Assembly: GCA_035292445.1 (NCBI GenBank)
Contig: DATDQB010000017.1
Coordinates: forward strand, 55,051 to 119,050
Length of the DNA stretch: 64,000 bases
Direction of reading: 5' to 3'
Source of the DNA: Candidatus Omnitrophota bacterium
GTDB lineage: Bacteria > Omnitrophota > Gorgyraeia > Zapsychrales > Zapsychraceae
The notes beneath the pieces were generated by a model. It was not told the origin of the DNA and ran no database searches. It saw only the letters and a list, made by a program, of their open reading frames with translations. Position numbers and translations under genes: made by a program. Below, one piece after another: positions 55,232 to 64,000 of the stretch (position 1 is the stretch's first letter; each line of letters starts with the position of its first letter).

Positions 55232-57020
55232 CCGAAAGCACCACCTCTGGGACGCGGCGGTTATTTTTTTCATCGCCTTTGGGCTGCGCCTGGCGTTTGA
55301 GTTGTACCTGCGGCAGCATTATCCGTTTTATGATTATCCAAGCGATGACGTCGGTTATTATCGGCAATGGGCGCAAGACATTTCCCGCCGTTCATTCATA
55401 GGCAACGAGACCTTTTGGGGTCTGCCGCTTTACCCGTATTTTCTCGCCCTGTTAGACCGTTGGTTCTTTGGCAACGCTTTCCTGATTCGCGTCTTTCATC
55501 TATTCCTGGGCTCGCTCAACTGCGTTTTCATATACGCCATCACCAACGCTGTTTTCTCGCGCAGCGTGGCCCTGACCGCCGGGATCCTGACGGCCGTCTC
55601 TTTTACCTGTGTTTATTATGACTGGCTCATGATGCCACCGCTGCTTTTGATCTTCCTTGCCGGTATTATTGTGCTAACGCTTCTTCATAAGGATCAGCTT
55701 AAAACAAAACGCCAGTGGGTGTATTTGGGGCTTCTTTTAGGCATCGCCATGCTGGGCGACGGAAAATTCCTGTTTCTTTTCGTATTTATCTGCCTTTATG
55801 AACTGAAAACTCATCAAAAAGAATGTAAGGCCATAACAACAAACGTTCTCCTGCCTTTATTGATCGGCATGATAACGATCCTCTTCTTATCAGGGCTACG
55901 GAACAAGCTGGTGGGAGGGGACTGGGTCTGGATCAGCGCCCAAAGCGGGTTGACGCTCTACAGCGGCAACAATCCCCAGGCGAAAGGGTATTACGAGCAC
56001 ATGGAAGACTTTCGGCCAACCCATTTTCATCAGGACATTGACCAAATTCTGGTTGCCGAAAAAGAGCTGGGAAGGCCGTTGACGCCCGCCCAAGTTTCCC
56101 AATTTTACAGAAATAAAGCCGTCCAATTCATCGTCCAGCAACCCGCTGCTTTCACAAAACTGCTGCTGCGTAAGCTGCATCTTTTTCTCATCGAATCCGA
56201 AAACACCTTTGACATGGACTTGATCTTTCTGCGCGATCTAAGAAACCGCCTGGACATAAACCCCTTTGCCTTAATCGGCCCCCTGGCGATCTTAGGCATG
56301 CTGGTGACCCGAAAGGCCGGCCATGGCAAGGTCTATTTATACCTTCTCATTGCCAGCCAGCTCGCGCTTGTGCTGGTGTTTTATATGTTAGACCGTTATC
56401 GGGCGAGCATCCTGCCGTTTTTGATAATCTTTGAGGCTGCCGCCCTCCTTTGGCTGGCGGAACAAATAAAACAAAAACAAATCCTTAAACTCATCTTCGC
56501 CGTATTATTCGTCTTGGGGTTCACTGTCTTTTTTCAAAGAAAGCCGCTTGATGCGGCAAGTGTCGAATTCCTGAAACAATCAAAACTCGGTTATGCCTAC
56601 GAAAAAGAAGGGAAGCTCCCCCAAGCTCAAAAGGCCTATTTAACGGCTTTGTCCATCCGGCCCAACGACACCAATGCCTTTTTTAATTTAGGAAATACTT
56701 ATGTCGCGCAAAATAATCTGGCCATGGCCAAAAAATGTTACGAGCGCGTCTTGCACCACATGCCCCATCATGTGGACGCCATCTTTAACTTGGCTCATGT
56801 AGAGGAAAATTTGGGAAATCCCGCCGCGGCCAAGCAAAAATACGCCCAAGTGCTTGAGCTGACGCCACAAAGTATTGATGCCCTCTACCTCTTGGGTACG
56901 CTTTACTTGAAAGAACAGCGTTGCGAGCAGGCCTTGAGCTATTTTCATCAGATCATCCAGCTTAATCCGGCCTACGCGCAGGAAATCAAATCCTTGATGG
57001 AGTCTTGCCTTTCCCCTTAA
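55218..57020 (+). CDS. GT-C (ArnT/PMT-like) membrane glycosyltransferase with C-terminal TPRs
   Basis: DD in the first loop, PLYPYFLA, many TM segments, GNNP, RYR, then TPRs. Confidence 0.75.
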   Translation: MNLLNRKHHLWDAAVIFFIAFGLRLAFELYLRQHYPFYDYPSDDVGYYRQWAQDISRRSFIGNETFWGLPLYPYFLALLDRWFFGNAFLIRVFHLFLGSLNCVFIYAITNAVFSRSVALTAGILTAVSFTCVYYDWLMMPPLLLIFLAGIIVLTLLHKDQLKTKRQWVYLGLLLGIAMLGDGKFLFLFVFICLYELKTHQKECKAITTNVLLPLLIGMITILFLSGLRNKLVGGDWVWISAQSGLTLYSGNNPQAKGYYEHMEDFRPTHFHQDIDQILVAEKELGRPLTPAQVSQFYRNKAVQFIVQQPAAFTKLLLRKLHLFLIESENTFDMDLIFLRDLRNRLDINPFALIGPLAILGMLVTRKAGHGKVYLYLLIASQLALVLVFYMLDRYRASILPFLIIFEAAALLWLAEQIKQKQILKLIFAVLFVLGFTVFFQRKPLDAASVEFLKQSKLGYAYEKEGKLPQAQKAYLTALSIRPNDTNAFFNLGNTYVAQNNLAMAKKCYERVLHHMPHHVDAIFNLAHVEENLGNPAAAKQKYAQVLELTPQSIDALYLLGTLYLKEQRCEQALSYFHQIIQLNPAYAQEIKSLMESCLSP

Positions 57021-57130
57021 TATTTCTATTTAAATAATTTATAAATAAGAAAAAACACCATGTTGGCTCCAACAACGATTTATCTTTTTCAATAGCAATG
57101 AGTTAGGGTAATTTGCCGCCTGAACATTTA

Positions 57131-57186
57131 TTGACACATTCAGCGACCCTTGACATCTTAATGTCAAGGGTCGCTTTCAGTGTCAA
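57131..57186. repeat. Nested inverted repeat upstream of recA containing four TTGACA hexamers
   Basis: ttgacac-N4-agcgacccttgacat-ctta-atgtcaagggtcgct-N4-gtgtcaa. Confidence 0.85.
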
Positions 57187-57272
57187 CCCTGAGGATATAT
57201 TGAGATAAATTCTAATACTTATTTACCATATAATTTGGAATCAACTGACGAGCTTTTCATTGGGTATCCGAA

Positions 57273-57305
57273 TGGGTTGACAACCCAAAACCGCTCATGT
57301 ATAAT
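57273..57305 (+). promoter_or_regulatory. recA promoter with a palindrome over the -35
   Basis: TTGACA-17-TATAAT (57277-57305); TGGGTTG-A-CAACCCA at 57273-57287. Confidence 0.75.
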
Positions 57306-57350
57306 TCCACAAGCTCGATTTCATAACCGTATTTTAATAGGGAGGCATTT

Positions 57351-58379
57351 ATGGCTGAAGAAAAGAAAACTGTTGAACTGGACAACCGCAAGAAAGCGTT
57401 GGAATTGGCGTTAAGCCAAATCGAGAAGCAATTCGGAAAGGGCTCCATCATGAAGCTTGATGGGACGGTCAAAACCGACATCGAAACCATTCCCACAGGA
57501 TCTTTATCATTGGATCTAGCCCTTGGCGTCGGCGGTATCCCTAAGGGGCGTGTGATTGAAATCTACGGGCCGGAATCTTCCGGTAAGACCACCTTAACCT
57601 TAAGCGTTATTAAGCAAATTCAGCAGGCAGGCGGAACGGCCGCATTTATCGATGCCGAACATGCTTTTGATTCTGCCTACGCAAAGACAGTCGGCCTTAA
57701 GCTCGATGATCTATTAATTTCCCAGCCTGACACGGGTGAGCAAGCTCTTGAGATCGCTGAAACATTGGTGCGAAGCAATGCCGTTGATCTGGTCGTCATC
57801 GATTCGGTCGCCGCCTTAACTCCCCGCGCTGAAATTGAGGGTGAGATGGGCGATGCGCATATGGGTTTACAAGCCCGGCTCATGTCGCAGGCGCTAAGAA
57901 AATTGACGGCGGCTATCAGTAAGTCCAAAACCTGTGTGATCTTTATCAATCAGATCCGTATGAAGATCGGCGTCATGTTCGGTAACCCTGAAACAACGAC
58001 CGGCGGCCGGGCGCTTAAATTCTACGCCTCGGTGCGCATCGATTTAAGGCGCATCGAGTCCATCAAACAGGGGGAAGAGATCATCGGCAACCGCGTGCGC
58101 GCGAAAGTCGTCAAAAATAAAGTCGCCGCGCCGTTTCGCGAAGCCGAATTTGAGATCTATTTTAATGAAGGTATTTCCCGCGATTCGGATGTTATCGATC
58201 TGGCCGTCAAATACAATGTCATCGAGAAATCCGGCGCCTGGTTCGCGTATGAAGGGCAAAAGATCGGCCAGGGACGGGAGAACGCGCGGCTTTACTTGAA
58301 AGAAAATCCCAAGATCACCAATAAGATCGAAAAGCAAGTTCGTCAGGCCGCGACCGAAGAAAAAGCCAGCAAGAAATAA
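57351..58379 (+). CDS. recA: Recombinase A
   Basis: [32 protein letters not shown]. Confidence 0.99.
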   Translation: MAEEKKTVELDNRKKALELALSQIEKQFGKGSIMKLDGTVKTDIETIPTGSLSLDLALGVGGIPKGRVIEIYGPESSGKTTLTLSVIKQIQQAGGTAAFIDAEHAFDSAYAKTVGLKLDDLLISQPDTGEQALEIAETLVRSNAVDLVVIDSVAALTPRAEIEGEMGDAHMGLQARLMSQALRKLTAAISKSKTCVIFINQIRMKIGVMFGNPETTTGGRALKFYASVRIDLRRIESIKQGEEIIGNRVRAKVVKNKVAAPFREAEFEIYFNEGISRDSDVIDLAVKYNVIEKSGAWFAYEGQKIGQGRENARLYLKENPKITNKIEKQVRQAATEEKASKK

Positions 58380-58384
58380 TCTGT

Positions 58385-58852
58385 ATGACCAAAGACGATT
58401 CTGCCCAGCGTGCGCAGGCCAGAAACATGGTTTTTCGTCTTTTGAAATTTAGGATTCGCAGCGAAAAAGAGATCAGAAATAAGCTAAAAGCCAAGCGCCT
58501 CGCGGATAATATTATTGATGAAACAGTTTCGTATTTCAAAGAACTGGATTTGATCGATGATCGCCGGTTCGCTAAAGAATGGATCTCCTCACGCCTGCTA
58601 AAGCCTTTCGGCATCAAACGCATTCGACACGAGCTAGAAGCTAAAGGCATTGAGTGCGATACCCTGGAAGAAGAGTTGAAAAAAGCCTTCCAGGACAATC
58701 GCGAAGAGGATATTGTTTTCCAATTGGCCAAAAACCAAGCCGGAAAATATAAAGGCATCGAACCCTTAAAGGCCAAACAGCGGATCTTTGGTTATTTGTC
58801 CCGGCGGGGATTCAACACAGACGCCATTTACAAAGCGATCAAGCAGTTATGA
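58385..58852 (+). CDS. recX: Regulatory protein RecX
   Basis: RSEKEI, IDDRRFA, G..RI..EL..KGI, LSRRGF; directly after recA. Confidence 0.92.
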   Translation: MTKDDSAQRAQARNMVFRLLKFRIRSEKEIRNKLKAKRLADNIIDETVSYFKELDLIDDRRFAKEWISSRLLKPFGIKRIRHELEAKGIECDTLEEELKKAFQDNREEDIVFQLAKNQAGKYKGIEPLKAKQRIFGYLSRRGFNTDAIYKAIKQL

Positions 58853-61464
58853 TGACAACAGATGAGATAAGAAAAAAGTTCCTGGATTTCTTCGCCTCCA
58901 AGAAGCACACCATCATCGAAAGCGATTCGCTGGTCCCCAAAAATGACCCGACCGTTTTGTTCACGACCGCTGGTATGCAGCAGTTCAAGCGCCAATTCTT
59001 GGGCTATATTGACGGTGACACGCGCGCGGCAAGTTGCCAAAAATGTTTGCGCACTGATGATTTGGATAAAATCGGCCAAACCAACTTTCATCACACGTTC
59101 TTTGAAATGCTCGGCAATTTCTCATTCGGCGACTACTTCAAGAAAGAGGCCATCGAATGGGCCTGGGAATTTTTTACAAAGGTTTGTAAACTTCCGGCCG
59201 ATAAATTATGGGCTTCTGTTTATAAAGATGATAAAGAAGCCGAAGAGATCTGGAAAAAGATCAAAGGGTTCGATCCTAAAAAACTTATCAAATTAGGCGA
59301 TCACGATAATTTCTGGCCGGCCGACGCTAAAGAAAAAGGGCCCAACGGCCCCTGCGGGCCGTGCTCGGAGATCTTTTTCGATTTCGGCGTTAATAAGGAT
59401 TGTAAGAACAAAAAATGCGACCCCAGCTGTGATTGCGGCCGCTTCGCGGAAATCTGGAATCTCGTCTTTACGCAGTTCAACCGCAAAGACGGAGGCATTT
59501 TAGAACCTTTGCCGAATAAGAATATCGACACCGGCATGGGGCTGGAACGCCTGGCAGCCGTGTTGCAAGGGAAGAAGACAAATTTTGAAAATGATGTTTT
59601 CGCGCATATTATAAAATCCGCTAAAAAGCTGATCCCTAATATTTCTGAAACAGATGCCCGAATTGTTGCTGATCATATCCGCGGGATCGTGTTCGGGATC
59701 AATGACGGCGTCATGCCTTCGAACGAAGGCCCTGGATATGTCATCAAAAAACTAATCAATGATATCACTGATATCGCATTAAAATCAGGCAGCAGTAAAC
59801 CTGTCATTTATAAACTGGTGGCAGCTGTTGTGGACACGATGAAACGGCCTTACCCAGAACTTGCGAAGAAACAAAAAGAGATCGAGGAGGTCGTTCAAAC
59901 AATCGAGAAAGCGTACATCAAAGTTAGACAAGAACGCTTACCGGAATTTGAAAGAAAAGCTAAAGAGGCGAAATCGGGAGATGAACTCGGGCAACTTCGT
60001 TTTCTGTATCGTGATACTTATGGCCTTGGAGAAAACACATTAAATAATGCAACGATGGATTTGCCCTACCATCAGGAAGGGGCCATCAAATCCCAGAATT
60101 TAATGAATAAACAAAAGGAAAAATCCCGTGCAGCCAGCAAAATGACGGGCGATGTGTTCGCGGACGCGCAGCTGGATCTTCAAGTTCCCAAAACGAAATT
60201 TTTGGGTTATGACCACGCACATTCGACCAGTCAAATCTTGAAATTGTTCGTTGATAACAAATGTGTTAACGATGTAAAAAAAGGAACACGGGTTACGATC
60301 ATTTTGGACAAGTCGCCCTTTTACGCCGAATCCGGCGGACAGGTGGGAGATACGGGCGTTCTTATAAAAGATAGCTCGAGAATCAAAATTTTGGACACAC
60401 AAAAGATCGAAGACATTTATCTTCATGTGGGGGAAGTGACCGAAGGAAGCTTTGAAGTGAATGACCAAGTCGACGCTGAAATTGATATCGAACGGCGCAA
60501 ATCGATCATGAGAAACCACACGGCGACACACCTTCTTCAAGCGGCATTAAGGGATGTTTTGGGGTCTCATGTCAAACAACAGGGCTCGCTCGTTGCCGAA
60601 GACCGGCTGCGGTTTGATTTCACGCATCCTAAAGCGATCACCCAGGAAGAATTGCAACGCATCGAGGCGAAAGTGAATGAAATGATTTTGAACAATGACA
60701 CGGTGATGAAAGAATATCTGGATATAGAAGAAGCGCGCAACAGTGGCGCTTTGGCGTTCTTTGCCGAGAAATACGGGAAAACCGTGCGCGTTGTTAGTGT
60801 AGGAGACCATTCGAAGGAATTTTGTGGTGGGACGCATTTGGACGCGACGGGCCAAATCGGCCTTTTAAAAATTGTCGGTGAAAGCGCTATTGCCCAGGGG
60901 ATCCGCCGCATTGAAGCGAAAACAGGTTTAGGCGCGCTTTCTTTTGTCAGCGAAGAAGAGAAACAATTGAATGAGTTGTCTAAATTGCTAAAAGCGTCGA
61001 GAAACGAGCTGATGGCGCGCGTTGAGCAACAAACGAAACGGTTGAAGCAATTGGAAAAAGATACGCTGCAATACCGCTTTGAGGCGATCAAGCAATCCCT
61101 TGATAAGATCCTTAAAGATTCCGAAAACGTTAACGGCACGGCATTGATCAGCCATACCTTCAATGACGTTGAGATGGAAGTTTTACGCCAAGTATCGGAT
61201 CTGCTGAAACAAAAAGCAAAGTCGGCGATCATCGTGCTCGGTGCCAAAGGAGCAGACGGCGCGTCGCTACTCGTCAGCGTCAGCGATGATTTGGTCAAAA
61301 AAGGGATCAAGGCCGATGAGATCATCAAGACGATCGCGCCCTTAATAAACGGAAGCGGCGGCGGACGGGCGCAAATGGCCCAAGCCGGCAGCAAAGAAAC
61401 GGCCAACATAGAAGCGGCGTTGACACAAGCCAATAAATTGATCAAAGAAAGAATGAAACAATGA
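58849..61464 (+). CDS. alaS: Alanine--tRNA ligase
   Basis: HHTFFEMLGNFSFGDYFK, IDTGMGLERL, NHTATHLL, CGGTH, GGGR. Confidence 0.98.
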   Translation: MMTTDEIRKKFLDFFASKKHTIIESDSLVPKNDPTVLFTTAGMQQFKRQFLGYIDGDTRAASCQKCLRTDDLDKIGQTNFHHTFFEMLGNFSFGDYFKKEAIEWAWEFFTKVCKLPADKLWASVYKDDKEAEEIWKKIKGFDPKKLIKLGDHDNFWPADAKEKGPNGPCGPCSEIFFDFGVNKDCKNKKCDPSCDCGRFAEIWNLVFTQFNRKDGGILEPLPNKNIDTGMGLERLAAVLQGKKTNFENDVFAHIIKSAKKLIPNISETDARIVADHIRGIVFGINDGVMPSNEGPGYVIKKLINDITDIALKSGSSKPVIYKLVAAVVDTMKRPYPELAKKQKEIEEVVQTIEKAYIKVRQERLPEFERKAKEAKSGDELGQLRFLYRDTYGLGENTLNNATMDLPYHQEGAIKSQNLMNKQKEKSRAASKMTGDVFADAQLDLQVPKTKFLGYDHAHSTSQILKLFVDNKCVNDVKKGTRVTIILDKSPFYAESGGQVGDTGVLIKDSSRIKILDTQKIEDIYLHVGEVTEGSFEVNDQVDAEIDIERRKSIMRNHTATHLLQAALRDVLGSHVKQQGSLVAEDRLRFDFTHPKAITQEELQRIEAKVNEMILNNDTVMKEYLDIEEARNSGALAFFAEKYGKTVRVVSVGDHSKEFCGGTHLDATGQIGLLKIVGESAIAQGIRRIEAKTGLGALSFVSEEEKQLNELSKLLKASRNELMARVEQQTKRLKQLEKDTLQYRFEAIKQSLDKILKDSENVNGTALISHTFNDVEMEVLRQVSDLLKQKAKSAIIVLGAKGADGASLLVSVSDDLVKKGIKADEIIKTIAPLINGSGGGRAQMAQAGSKETANIEAALTQANKLIKERMKQ

Positions 61465-62681
61465 AAGTCCTATCACCCAACGGCCAAGGCCTTCAAAAAT
61501 TGTATAACCGGCATATGGCGATGCAAAAACGCTCCGTCACCGAAAAAGTGCAGGGCATCCTGGAAGACGTGCGCTTGCTCGGTGATGATGCCTTGATCAA
61601 ATACACGCGCCGCTTCGATAAAGCCAAGCTCCAAGTGAAAGAGATCCGCGTCAGCGAAGCAGAGATAAGTGGCGCTTTTCAGGGGATCACGAGCGAATTC
61701 ATCTCGAATTTAAAGATCATCCAGAACAACGTTTCGTTATTTTACAAAAAACAGATCCAAAAGCCCTGCAGGGTGCGCGATACGGACGGGGTCCTCTTAA
61801 AAGAAAATATTATTCCGCTGGAGAATGTGGGTATTTATATCCCGGCCGGGACAGCGCCTTTGATCTCGACCGTTTACATGACAGTAATTCCGGCCAAAGT
61901 CGCCGGGGTCAAACGCATCGCCATTACCACCCCGCCCAATAAAGAGGGGCATGTAAACCCGTATATTTTAGCGGTGGCGAATTTATTGAAGGTGGATGAA
62001 ATTTATAAAGTCGGCGGCGCACAAGCGATCGGTGCTCTTGCCTTTGGGACGAAAACCATCCCCAAAGTCGATAAGATCATCGGCCCAGGCAACATGTACG
62101 TGACAGAGGCCAAACGCCAGATCTTCGGCTACGTGGACATCGACATGCTGGCCGGCCCGACAGAATTGGCCATCATCGCCAACCGCACCAGCAACGTCGA
62201 TTATATCGTCGCCGATCTGGAAGCCCAATTGGAGCACGTCGGCGGGCTGGCTATCTTAGTGACGACCAGCAAAGCGCTTCTTAAACAGGTGCGCAGCCGC
62301 GTTTCCAAAGGCTACATTATTTTTGCCAAGAATATCGAAGAGGCGATCGGCATCGTCAACAATATCGCCCCCGAGCACGTGCAGATCATGACCAATAACG
62401 CATCCGCCATCGCCAACAAGATCAGAAATGCCGGAGCGATCTTCCTGGGCCCTTACAGCCCGACGGCCTTGGGCGATTATGCCGCGGGCCCAAGCCACGT
62501 GCTGCCGACATTAGGGACGGCCAAATTTTTCTCAGGGTTATGTTTGTCCGACTTTTATAAAAAGAGCCATATCATCTCGTATTCCAAACGCGCGTTGGAA
62601 AAAATGAAGAAGCCCATCGAAGCCGTTGCTTCGCTGGAGCAGTTACCAAAACACTACGAATCGGTGAACCTACGATTTTAA
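61461..62681 (+). CDS. hisD: Histidinol dehydrogenase
   Basis: GGAQAIGALAFGT, GPGN.YV, DMLAGPTE, APEH, GDYAAGPSHVLPT. Confidence 0.94.
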   Translation: MKVLSPNGQGLQKLYNRHMAMQKRSVTEKVQGILEDVRLLGDDALIKYTRRFDKAKLQVKEIRVSEAEISGAFQGITSEFISNLKIIQNNVSLFYKKQIQKPCRVRDTDGVLLKENIIPLENVGIYIPAGTAPLISTVYMTVIPAKVAGVKRIAITTPPNKEGHVNPYILAVANLLKVDEIYKVGGAQAIGALAFGTKTIPKVDKIIGPGNMYVTEAKRQIFGYVDIDMLAGPTELAIIANRTSNVDYIVADLEAQLEHVGGLAILVTTSKALLKQVRSRVSKGYIIFAKNIEEAIGIVNNIAPEHVQIMTNNASAIANKIRNAGAIFLGPYSPTALGDYAAGPSHVLPTLGTAKFFSGLCLSDFYKKSHIISYSKRALEKMKKPIEAVASLEQLPKHYESVNLRF

Positions 62682-62695
62682 GGAAAGGAACCTGT

Positions 62696-63307
62696 ATGGG
62701 ACGCACCGCCACATTTGAACGAAAAAGCAAAGAGACCGAAATAAAAGCCAAAGTCAACATTGACGGCAAAGGGATCGGCAACAAAATCAAGACCAACATC
62801 GGCATTCTTGATCACATGCTGGAGCTTTTTGCCTTTCACGGGCTGTTTGATATCGAGCTGGAAGTCAAGAAGGCGGATCTGCAGATAGACATTCACCACA
62901 CCAATGAAGACATTGGGATTGTCCTGGGGAAAGCGTTCAAACAGGCCCTTGGGAAGATGGCCGGCATTAAACGTTTCGGGAGCGGTTTCTCCCCGATGGA
63001 ATCCACGTTAGGCAGGACGGTCATTGACTTAAGCGGCCGGGGTTATTTGACCCTCCAGGTCACGGACCCGGCGCCGCACATCAAGGACCAGGAAGGGTAT
63101 TCCATGTCCTATTTGGAACATTTTCTTGAATCTTTTGCGCACAATCTCGGTGCCACCATTCACATTACCATTGAAAACGCCAGTGAAGACCTCCACACGA
63201 CCATCGAAACGGTCTTTAAATCCTTAGGACTAGCCCTTGATGAAGCGACACAGATCGACCCAAGGCGAAAAGGTGTGGTCCCTTCGACAAAAGGTATAAT
63301 CGATTAA
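62696..63307 (+). CDS. hisB: Imidazoleglycerol-phosphate dehydratase
   Basis: DHML, DIHHTNED, PSTKG. Confidence 0.92.
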   Translation: MGRTATFERKSKETEIKAKVNIDGKGIGNKIKTNIGILDHMLELFAFHGLFDIELEVKKADLQIDIHHTNEDIGIVLGKAFKQALGKMAGIKRFGSGFSPMESTLGRTVIDLSGRGYLTLQVTDPAPHIKDQEGYSMSYLEHFLESFAHNLGATIHITIENASEDLHTTIETVFKSLGLALDEATQIDPRRKGVVPSTKGIID

Positions 63308-63319
63308 TCCCTAACGACA

Positions 63320-63925
63320 ATGATCGCGATTATTGATTACGGCATGGGCAATTTAAGAAGTGTTCAGAAAGCTTTGGAGGCATCCGGTGCGAAAGCGGCC
63401 GTGACCCAAAGCAAAGACGATATCCTGCAAGCTTCAAAAGTGGTCCTGCCCGGCGTGGGAGCGATGAAGCCGGCCATGGAAAGGCTCACCGAACTCGGAT
63501 TGATCGATGTGATTAAAAGGACGATCGAGCAACGAAAGCCTTTTTTAGGGATCTGTCTAGGCCTGCAGCTGCTGATGGAAAAAAGCAGCGAAGGCGGCTC
63601 CACCCCTGGCCTGGGGATATTTAAAGGCGACGTGCGGCAATTTACCGGCCTTAAGGTGCCGCAGATCGGCTGGAATCAGCTGAAGATGAAAGGGAAAAAT
63701 TGCCCCTTATTCAAAGGCATCGATTCAGGCTCGAATGTTTATTTCTGCCACTCCTATTACGTGAACCCTAAAGACAAGAATGATATTGCGGCCGCGACCG
63801 ATTACGGCGTCGAATACGCATCAAGCCTATGGCGGGAGAATGTCTTCGGCGTGCAGTTCCACCCGGAAAAAAGCCAAACGATCGGATTGAAGATCCTCAA
63901 GAACTTCACGGAGCTTAAACCATGA
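63320..63925 (+). CDS. hisH: Imidazole glycerol phosphate synthase glutaminase subunit
   Basis: DYGMGNL, LPGVG, GICLGLQ, QFHPEKS. Confidence 0.96.
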   Translation: MIAIIDYGMGNLRSVQKALEASGAKAAVTQSKDDILQASKVVLPGVGAMKPAMERLTELGLIDVIKRTIEQRKPFLGICLGLQLLMEKSSEGGSTPGLGIFKGDVRQFTGLKVPQIGWNQLKMKGKNCPLFKGIDSGSNVYFCHSYYVNPKDKNDIAAATDYGVEYASSLWRENVFGVQFHPEKSQTIGLKILKNFTELKP

Positions 63926-64000
63926 ACGTCATCCCGGCTATCGATATCAAAGACGGCAAAGTGGTCCGCTTGGCCCAGGGAAAATTCAACAAGGTCACGA
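63922..64000 (+). CDS. hisA: HisA, 5' fragment truncated by the window edge
   Basis: MNVIPAIDIKDGKVVRLAQG; ATG overlaps the hisH stop. Confidence 0.9.
   Translation, partial: MNVIPAIDIKDGKVVRLAQGKFNKVT

Noticed and set aside
60567-61445. Long antisense or alternative-frame ORFs (also 10443..11189, 18103..18825, 26225..26929, 29351..30034, 38183..38845)
   Set aside because: They are shadows of well-conserved genes, with no motifs or RBS support.

Overview
A 64 kb bacterial chromosomal segment, most likely from Candidatus Omnitrophota (PVC group). This is an inference from the DxAM/GGIDL-type giant protein and the gene content. Most of the window is housekeeping: murB, a moaE-moeB fusion, ispH/ispG, folate, fab, leuB/asd/truA, rplM/rpsI, a long arg-lys/dap-pan-nad operon, uvrA, recA/recX, alaS and his genes. 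A TPR-ExbBD plus type IV pilus/T2SS-like locus (39.1-54.5 kb) carries a c-di-GMP-I riboswitch ahead of the major pilin and an MshEN-type PilB. Two signals stand out. (1) The window opens in the 3' end of a giant modular ORF whose unrelated domains are joined by three 75-bp (25-codon) linkers. Each linker is bounded by D-x-A-M codons and carries four 7-bp tandem units starting exactly 28 nt in, even where the heptamer sequence differs. (2) At least ten dispersed elements consist of about 4 x 7-bp tandem units followed by their inverted complement. They fall into several sequence families, and one is translated in-frame at the MoaE-MoeB junction. Two GTAG-type REP elements are also present. No tRNA, rRNA, CRISPR array, transposase or integrase was seen. 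All calls come from reading the sequence; no database searches were run.
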